From positions 4,423 through 68,422 of the forward strand of contig DAOMOP010000003.1 in assembly GCA_035444405.1 (NCBI GenBank): a DNA stretch of 64,000 nucleotides, read 5' to 3'. Shown here piece after piece: positions 57,877 to 64,000 of the stretch. The position numbers and the translations under genes are program-made. The notes under the pieces are model-generated. The model searched no databases. It was not told the DNA's origin and saw only the letters and a program-made list of their open reading frames with translations. Position 1 is the stretch's first letter. Each line of letters opens with the position of its first letter. The stretch comes from Rhodocyclaceae bacterium. GTDB taxonomy: Bacteria; Pseudomonadota; Gammaproteobacteria; Burkholderiales; Rhodocyclaceae.

Positions 57877-58728
57877 ATGAGTTTCCCGAGACCGGATCCA
57901 TTCTTGAGTATCCGAGTTCATAACCTTGATCTGGATCCTTCCCTATCTGCGTTGTGCGTTGGATACGAACGTGGGGAGTGGCGTGCACGCCAACTGGCAG
58001 ATCACGTCATGGACTGGTTGCCGGAGTTTGCACTTACTGCCACGGAATGCGCCGCATTAGGTCATCAGAATGCGACAAAACTGATGCGGAGTGCTGCCAG
58101 ACGGGTCTACGAATCAAAGAAGTTCGAGAGGCGAGGCGAATTTGGTGAACTCCTTCTTCATGCCGCGATAAGACAGACATTTGATTCTCTCCCAGCAGTT
58201 TCGAAGATTTACTACAAGTCCGCCAACAATGACACGGTGAAGGGCTTCGATGCTGTCCACGTTGTGGGGACTCCTGACGAGCTTGAGTTGTGGTTAGGTG
58301 AAGCAAAATTCTACAACGACATCTCGCGAGCGATCTCTGACGTAGTTGCAGAGCTTGAGGCTCACCTTGGCACGGACTATCTGCGCGACGAGTTCGCGCT
58401 GATCGTCAATAAAATCGACCAAAAATGGCCTCATGCTGAAGTGCTGCGAAAACTACTTCAGCCGGAAGTCTCCCTTGATGAAGTATTTCAGAGAGTGTGT
58501 ATCCCTGTTTTGCTGACATACGACAGTCCGTGTATTTCGGAACACCAGTCTTGTGACGCGAGTTATGCACGGTCGTTCGAACAGGAGATCACGAAACACT
58601 ACAAGACCTTCTCGCGATGCAACCTGCCCAAGGAGACCCGGGTCCACTTATTCCTACTTCCACTTCAGAAGAAGGCAGCCCTTGTGAAGATCCTGGATGA
58701 AAGACTCAAGCTATGGCAGCAGCTATGA
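57877..58728 (+). CDS. hamA: Hachiman HamA (DUF1837, PD-(D/E)xK nuclease-like)
   Basis: ATG 57877; GTG 57847 is an alternative. GEFGELLLH...KGFDAVHV...LWLGEAKFY. Immediately followed by, and overlapping, an SF2 helicase gene. Visibly lower G+C than the flanks. Confidence 0.7.
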   Translation: MSFPRPDPFLSIRVHNLDLDPSLSALCVGYERGEWRARQLADHVMDWLPEFALTATECAALGHQNATKLMRSAARRVYESKKFERRGEFGELLLHAAIRQTFDSLPAVSKIYYKSANNDTVKGFDAVHVVGTPDELELWLGEAKFYNDISRAISDVVAELEAHLGTDYLRDEFALIVNKIDQKWPHAEVLRKLLQPEVSLDEVFQRVCIPVLLTYDSPCISEHQSCDASYARSFEQEITKHYKTFSRCNLPKETRVHLFLLPLQKKAALVKILDERLKLWQQL

Positions 58729-60845
58729 ATATTACTGCCCTGAGAGACACTCTGCGCGTCCCGGAAAAACTGCAGCAGCAAGCTTTCAGCGTTCTGCAGG
58801 ATATCTCGCGTCTCGTAGCCAGCCCTGAGCATGAGTCTGTGGCAAACGAGATGGTTCTGCGGGCTCTCGAATGTCGAGATTATTTTCATCCGTACCAAGA
58901 TATACTCGACTCACTCGTGCGCGCCGTAGGATTGTTTCCATATCTCGAGCAAGATGGTCTGAGTTTTCGGGATGCAGTGGCCTATGAGTTCCATCGTCCA
59001 GAGAATATGGGTGAAGAGTTCGTGTTTCACCGAGAGCAGGCGGAAATATATCGACGTCTGCTGGATGGTGATAGCGTTATCCTCAGTGCGCCGACTAGCT
59101 TTGGTAAAAGCAAGATAATTGATGCTCTCATTGCGTCGGGCCGGTTCCGTAATGTGGTTGTAGTCGTTCCGACTTTGGCATTGATCGATGAAACGAGACG
59201 ACGTCTTTCGCAGTTTTCGGAGCGTTTCAAGATTGTTACGCATGTCTCGCAGGAGCCAGCGGATTCAAATATCTTTGTCCTTACTGCCGAACGAGCTATT
59301 GCCTACGAGCGTTTTCCTCTCATAGAGTTCTTTGTCATCGATGAGTTCTACAAACTGGACTCCATTTCCAACGACAGTACGCGTGCGGTTGCGCTGAATC
59401 AGGCGTTCTATAAGCTTCGTAAGGCCGGAGGTCAGTTCTACCTTCTCGGGCCAAGTATTCAACATATTCCTAGCGGGCTCGAAGCGGCATTCAAGTGCTA
59501 TTTTTATCCAACTAAGTTCGCTACCGTAGTGTCGGAGCAAATTAAGGTACCTGGTGACGGTGACGACATTGATCGTCTCATTGAGCTGTGCGAAACGCTT
59601 ACGGATCCAACGCTTGTCTTCTGCAGGTCCCCTGCGCGCGTGAATGAAGTTGCGCATGCCCTATTGGCGCGGGGAGTGGGTATTGACGCGCCGGAACTTT
59701 CACCTGCTGCTGAATGGTCAGGTCGCAACTATCATCAGGAGTGGGTGCTAAGCAAGTCGCTGCCTAGAGGAATCGGAATTCACCATGGAAAGCTCCCGCG
59801 TGCCTTGGCGCAGTACGTGGTGCGTATGTTTAATGATCTCAAGCTGCGCTTCTTGATTTGTACGTCAACTCTTATTGAAGGGGTGAATACGAAGGCAAAG
59901 AACGTTGTGATATTCGACAACAGGATTGCTCGCGAAAAGATCGATTTCTTTACCTTCAATAACATCAAGGGTCGGTCTGGGAGGATGTTCGAGCATTTTG
60001 TCGGGAATGTGTATCTTTTTAACGATCCTCCTACTGAGAATTTGCCCTTTGTTGATTTTCCTTTGTTTACTCAAAATCAAGATGCGCCAGACAGCTTGTT
60101 GGTGCAGATGGACGATGGCGATCTCGTTCCGTCGTCGCGCGAACGGATGCGAAAGTATCAGGATCAGAATGTTCTGCCAGTCTCAACGCTACGAGAAAAT
60201 TCCTCAATTGATCCAGACGCCCAGATGCGGCTCGCTAGTCATTTGATGCAGGCGCCAAGGGAATGGTCGGAAAGTCTTAGTTGGAGTAGTTTCCCAACCA
60301 GTCAGCAGCTTGAAGCGGTGTGCGAGCTTATTTGGTCGTTCTTGGTGCAGGCTAGTCGAAGTCGTGGGGGGGTGTTTTCCGCGAGGCAATTGGCATTCAA
60401 AGTGTGGCAGATGAAGAGGGTTCCCGATACATCAGAAAGAGTCAGACAGGAGCTTCGACCGGGAAAGTATGCTGCTAGATCACCAGATGAAGCCGTCGAA
60501 CGAGTTCTAGAGTTTGAGAGGACATGGGCGAGCTTTGAGTTGCCGCGTTATCTAATGGCGGTGTCGCGGATTCAGCGTACTGTTTTTGAACGTATGGGTT
60601 TGCCATTCGGGGATTACAGCGGTTTTGCATCTCAGGTCGAGTGCCTTTTTCATACCCCAGTTGTTGCTGCGCTCGATGAGTATGGCGTTCCGCTTCCAAT
60701 GGGCGTTAAGATCTCCAATGCCCTAGGGGAGACTGACGATCTCGATGCTGCATTGGCCAAGCTCAAGCGGCTAAGAGGTTCGAGGCTGAATTTAGATGTG
60801 TTTGAGACGGAGCTACTGCGCGACGCAAAGGCATACCTTCCTTGA
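58725..60845 (+). CDS. hamB: Hachiman HamB (Ski2-like SF2 helicase)
   Basis: ATG 58725 in an ATGA overlap with the hamA stop; 58713 is an alternative. Motif I SAPTSFGKS, motif II VIDEFY, TSTLIEGVN, GRSGR. Confidence 0.75.
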   Translation: MNITALRDTLRVPEKLQQQAFSVLQDISRLVASPEHESVANEMVLRALECRDYFHPYQDILDSLVRAVGLFPYLEQDGLSFRDAVAYEFHRPENMGEEFVFHREQAEIYRRLLDGDSVILSAPTSFGKSKIIDALIASGRFRNVVVVVPTLALIDETRRRLSQFSERFKIVTHVSQEPADSNIFVLTAERAIAYERFPLIEFFVIDEFYKLDSISNDSTRAVALNQAFYKLRKAGGQFYLLGPSIQHIPSGLEAAFKCYFYPTKFATVVSEQIKVPGDGDDIDRLIELCETLTDPTLVFCRSPARVNEVAHALLARGVGIDAPELSPAAEWSGRNYHQEWVLSKSLPRGIGIHHGKLPRALAQYVVRMFNDLKLRFLICTSTLIEGVNTKAKNVVIFDNRIAREKIDFFTFNNIKGRSGRMFEHFVGNVYLFNDPPTENLPFVDFPLFTQNQDAPDSLLVQMDDGDLVPSSRERMRKYQDQNVLPVSTLRENSSIDPDAQMRLASHLMQAPREWSESLSWSSFPTSQQLEAVCELIWSFLVQASRSRGGVFSARQLAFKVWQMKRVPDTSERVRQELRPGKYAARSPDEAVERVLEFERTWASFELPRYLMAVSRIQRTVFERMGLPFGDYSGFASQVECLFHTPVVAALDEYGVPLPMGVKISNALGETDDLDAALAKLKRLRGSRLNLDVFETELLRDAKAYLP

Positions 60846-61026
60846 AGACATTTCAGCGCGAGTTGATTTTGCGTGTTCGCCGTTTCGGGGCTGGCGGTAG
60901 GTCTCGGTAAGTATCGAGTTGAGAGCGGGAGTTGCAAGACGAGGGGAAGGTGAGGCTGATCGGTCAAAGGCGCTGGGCCAGGTGGTTTGCCACCACGGGG
61001 GCTAAAGGACACGAAGTAAAGAGCTA

Positions 61027-61048
61027 GACCTTTAGGTGACCTTTAGGT
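61027..61048. repeat. Tandem direct repeat 2 x GACCTTTAGGT, each unit containing the palindrome ACCT-TT-AGGT; operator candidate
   Basis: Read directly. ~70-90 nt upstream of ATG 61120. Confidence 0.5.
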
Positions 61049-61119
61049 GCCGTCCTGGACAGCGTTTTCTTCCTTATCGTCAAAGACTTCCAAATACGGA
61101 GAAATCAAGCCCCGACGTT

Positions 61120-63192
61120 ATGGACTTCCGCATCGCCGACACCTTCACCGACACCCTCGCCAAGCTCACCGGTGAGGAGCAGAAGGCCGTCAAGACCACG
61201 GCCTTCGATCTCCAACTGAACCCCGCCAGTCCGGGATTGAGCTTCCACAAGCTCGATCAGGCGCGCGACAAGCATTTCTGGTCGCTGCGGGCGAGCAGCG
61301 ATCTGCGGATCATCGTGCACAAGACTGCGAGCAGCCTCTTGCTGTGCTACGTGGACCATCACGACAAGGCTTATCGCTGGGCCGAGCGGCGCAAGCTGGA
61401 GACGCATCCGACCACCGGTGCGGCGCAGTTGGTGGAGATCCGCGAGACGGTGCAGGAGATCACCGTACCGAAGTACGTCGAGGCAGCAGCGCTTGCCCCG
61501 GCAAAGCCGGCCTTGTTCTGCGGGGTGACCGATAGTGCGCTGCTGAGTTACGGCGTGCCGATGGAGTGGCTCGATGACGTGCGACGGGCCGATGAGGACA
61601 GCCTGCTGGCGCTGGCCGAGCACTTGCCGAGCGAGGCGGCGGAGGCCTTGCTGGAACTGGCGACAGGCGGCACGCCGCAACTTGCGCCGGCTGCGGAGGC
61701 GGGCGCGGACCCGTTTGACCATCCGGATGCGCTGCGTCGTTTCCGGGTGATGAACGATGTCGAAGAACTCGAGCGGGCGCTCGCCTACCCGTGGGACAAG
61801 TGGATGCTGTTTCTGCACCCGGCGCAGCGCCAGTGGGTGGAGCGCAGTTATGGCGGGCCCGCGCGGATCGCGGGGTCGGCAGGCACGGGCAAGACGATCG
61901 TCGCCCTCCACCGGGCGGCCTACCTTGCCCGCAGCAACCCCGAAGCCAGGGTGCTGCTGACGACTTTTTCCGACACCCTGGCCAACGCCTTGCGCGCTCG
62001 GCTGAGACGGCTGATCAGCAATGAACCCCGACTGGCGGAACGGCTGGAAGTGCATGCGATGAATGCCGTTGGCGAGCGGCTCTACGAGCGCCATTTCGGT
62101 CGTCCGCGCATCGCGTCGGCTGACTGGATCCGCGAACGCCTTGTTGGCGCGGCGCAGGCTGAGGGGGCGAACCGGTTCAGCGCGCGCTTCCTGCTTTCGG
62201 AGTGGGCTGAGGTTGTGGATGCCTGGCAACTGGAATCGTGGGAGGCGTATCGCGACATCAAGCGGCTGGGGCGCAAGACGCGCCTGCCGGAAGCCCAGCG
62301 GGCGGCACTGTGGTCGGTGTTCGACACGGTACGCAAGCAGTTGGCCGACGAGGGGCAGGTGACCCATGCGGGCATTTTCACCCGTTTGGTGGCGGAAATG
62401 GCCGGGCGTAAGCATCCGCCGTTCGATTTCGTGGTGGTCGATGAGGCACAGGACATCAGCGTGGCGCAGTTGCGCTTCCTCGCAGCGGTGGGGGCCGAAC
62501 GGCCCAACGGCTTGTTCTTTGCGGGTGACCTGGGGCAGCGGATATTCCAGCAGCCGTTCTCGTGGAAGGCGCTCGGGGTGGATGTGCGGGGTCGGTCGCG
62601 CACGCTGCATATCAACTACCGCACCTCCCACCAAATCCGCAGCCAGGCCGACCGCTTGCTCGGGCCGGAGCTGGCAGACGTCGACGGCAATGCGGAAAGT
62701 CGGCGCAGCACGGTGTCGATGTTCAACGGGCCGGCGCCCGAAATTGCCGTCTATGCCAGCGAAGAGGAGGAGGGTGACGCGGTGGCTGCCTGGCTGGAGG
62801 CACGCACCGCCGATGGAATGATGCCGCACGAGATCGGCGTTTTCGTCCGCTCGCCATCTGAGCTCGAACGCGCCCAAGCGGCGGTGAAGCAGGCGGGGTT
62901 GCCGTTCAGGATGCTCGACGAGCACGCCGAAACGACCAGCGGGCAGGTATCGATCGGCACCATGCATCTGGCCAAGGGGCTGGAGTTTCGCGCCGTGGCG
63001 GTGATGGCCTGCGACGATGAAATCATCCCGCTACAGGCGCGGATCGAGACGGTCGCCGACGATGCTGACCTGGAGGACGTTTACAACACTGAGCGGCACC
63101 TGCTCTACGTCGCCTGCACGCGGGCGCGTGATCACTTGGTGGTGACCAGCGTGGAGCCGGCGTCGGAATTCCTGGATGACTTGCGGATGTAG
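61120..63192 (+). CDS. RelE/ParE-like N-terminal domain fused to a complete UvrD/Rep-type SF1 helicase
   Basis: ATG 61120 (MDFRIADTF...). N-domain LNPASPGLSFHKL...WSLRASSDLRIIVHK...LLLCYVDHHDKAY. Helicase motifs GSAGTGKT, VVVDEAQD, GDLGQRIF, NYRTSHQI, TMHLAKGLEF, YVACTRAR. Confidence 0.75.
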   Translation: MDFRIADTFTDTLAKLTGEEQKAVKTTAFDLQLNPASPGLSFHKLDQARDKHFWSLRASSDLRIIVHKTASSLLLCYVDHHDKAYRWAERRKLETHPTTGAAQLVEIRETVQEITVPKYVEAAALAPAKPALFCGVTDSALLSYGVPMEWLDDVRRADEDSLLALAEHLPSEAAEALLELATGGTPQLAPAAEAGADPFDHPDALRRFRVMNDVEELERALAYPWDKWMLFLHPAQRQWVERSYGGPARIAGSAGTGKTIVALHRAAYLARSNPEARVLLTTFSDTLANALRARLRRLISNEPRLAERLEVHAMNAVGERLYERHFGRPRIASADWIRERLVGAAQAEGANRFSARFLLSEWAEVVDAWQLESWEAYRDIKRLGRKTRLPEAQRAALWSVFDTVRKQLADEGQVTHAGIFTRLVAEMAGRKHPPFDFVVVDEAQDISVAQLRFLAAVGAERPNGLFFAGDLGQRIFQQPFSWKALGVDVRGRSRTLHINYRTSHQIRSQADRLLGPELADVDGNAESRRSTVSMFNGPAPEIAVYASEEEEGDAVAAWLEARTADGMMPHEIGVFVRSPSELERAQAAVKQAGLPFRMLDEHAETTSGQVSIGTMHLAKGLEFRAVAVMACDDEIIPLQARIETVADDADLEDVYNTERHLLYVACTRARDHLVVTSVEPASEFLDDLRM

Positions 63193-63249
63193 TTGCTGGC
63201 CGGTGAGCGCGTACTTACGAATGCGTGCCGAATGGACGGGGGAGGTTGA

Positions 63250-64000
63250 ATGGCATCGCACGTCGAACGCATTCTGATCCTGGCGAAGACCTATCCTTCG
63301 CCCAGCGCACAATACGTCGAGACCTCCTGCGTGGCGGGGATCAACGAGCACGGGGTGATGCGGCGGCTCTTCCCGGTGCCGTTCAGGCTCGTCGAGCGAG
63401 ACCAGCAGTTCAAGAAATGGCAGTGGGTCAACGTCCGGGTCGCGAAGGCGAGCAACGACCACCGTATCGAGAGCCACAAGATCTACGTCGACACCATCCA
63501 GTGCGGTGACGCCATCGATACCCGGAAGCAATGGGCCGCCCGGTGGCCGTGGATCGAGAAGATTCCGACGTTCTCGAATTTCGACGACCTCGAGGCCAGC
63601 CGGCTTGCTGACGGGACGACGCTGGCGCTGGTGCGCCCGAAGGCTGTTCTTGGGCTCGAAATCGAAAAGGCGCGAAATGCGGACTGGACCGACGACGAAA
63701 AGGAGAAGCTGCTGCGCGAGCAGATGCAGGGGGATCTGTTCAGTGAAGCGGAGGTGAGAAAGGAGATCCGCGAGTTGAAGAAGATTCCGTTCGACTTCTA
63801 CTACCGGTACCTCTGCGACACGCCGGACGGCGAGAAGACCTTTACCCACAAGATCGTCGATTGGGAGGCCGGCGCGCTGTACTGGAAATGCCGCACGAGC
63901 CATGGAGCAGGCTGGGACGTGCCGTTTCGCCAGATGTACGGCGAGAAGCTCTTGCAGTCCGATCTCATGCTCATGATGGGGAACATCCACCGCTTTCCCC
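63250..64000 (+). CDS. Hypothetical protein, partial (runs off the right edge); no family recognised
   Basis: ATG 63250 preceded by GGAGG at 63241. Open to the window end (250 codons): MASHVERILILAKTYPSPSAQYVETSCVAGINEHG... Absent from the track because it has no stop in the window. Confidence 0.65.
   Translation, partial: MASHVERILILAKTYPSPSAQYVETSCVAGINEHGVMRRLFPVPFRLVERDQQFKKWQWVNVRVAKASNDHRIESHKIYVDTIQCGDAIDTRKQWAARWPWIEKIPTFSNFDDLEASRLADGTTLALVRPKAVLGLEIEKARNADWTDDEKEKLLREQMQGDLFSEAEVRKEIRELKKIPFDFYYRYLCDTPDGEKTFTHKIVDWEAGALYWKCRTSHGAGWDVPFRQMYGEKLLQSDLMLMMGNIHRFP

Larger units (their letters stand above)
45300..64000. other. Mosaic defence / hypervariable island (continues beyond the window)
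   Basis: Consecutive nuclease, helicase and methylase modules, gene remnants, duplicated ychJ fragment and abrupt composition changes. Confidence 0.7.

Overview
High-G+C window, betaproteobacterium-like in gene content (inference only). All calls come from reading the supplied ORF track and the sequence by eye; no searches were run.

The left ~45 kb is core and accessory metabolism:
- a GntR-regulated locus with a NicX/M29-like enzyme and a TRAP transporter (dctPQM-type)
- DUF1992, TauE/SafE and MFS membrane proteins
- two translationally coupled secreted proteins built from a repeated ~190-aa RTX-like module, one carrying a peptidoglycan-binding domain
- an SbtA/SbtB-like permease and PII pair, with an unknown upstream ORF and a divergent NhaR-like LysR regulator
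- a DnaQ-like exonuclease and a DUF5710 protein
- tRNA-Arg(CCG) next to a decayed islet carrying a Fic protein with a degenerate active site
- cytochrome c5 and a His/Cys-rich tandem-repeat protein
- two family-5 (peptide/nickel-type) ABC importers, one with a permease-ATPase fusion, the other with a frameshifted giant binding protein and an operon split by acs and an ACT gene
- a divergent glycosyltransferase and EgtB-like pair resembling SenB/SenA (selenoneine)
- four type II toxin-antitoxin pairs

The right ~19 kb (about 45.3-64 kb) is a mosaic defence island:
- a cassette bracketed by a duplicated ychJ fragment, holding a truncated ferritin-like gene, a HicB fragment and an Arch_ATPase/DUF234-like ATPase
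- a 5'-truncated, frameshifted DUF3427-type helicase pseudogene
- a membrane-anchored Mrr-like nuclease with a zinc ribbon
- a Type III-like R-M system with a NYN-domain gene nested between res and mod, and a compositionally foreign target-recognition segment in mod
- a low-G+C Hachiman (hamA-hamB) module
- at the right edge, a RelE/ParE-like::UvrD helicase fusion followed by an unclassifiable ORF. This pair is my best candidate for an undescribed system.

No rRNA genes or CRISPR arrays were seen. Many long ORFs in the track are antisense or out-of-frame artefacts of the high G+C content and were rejected.
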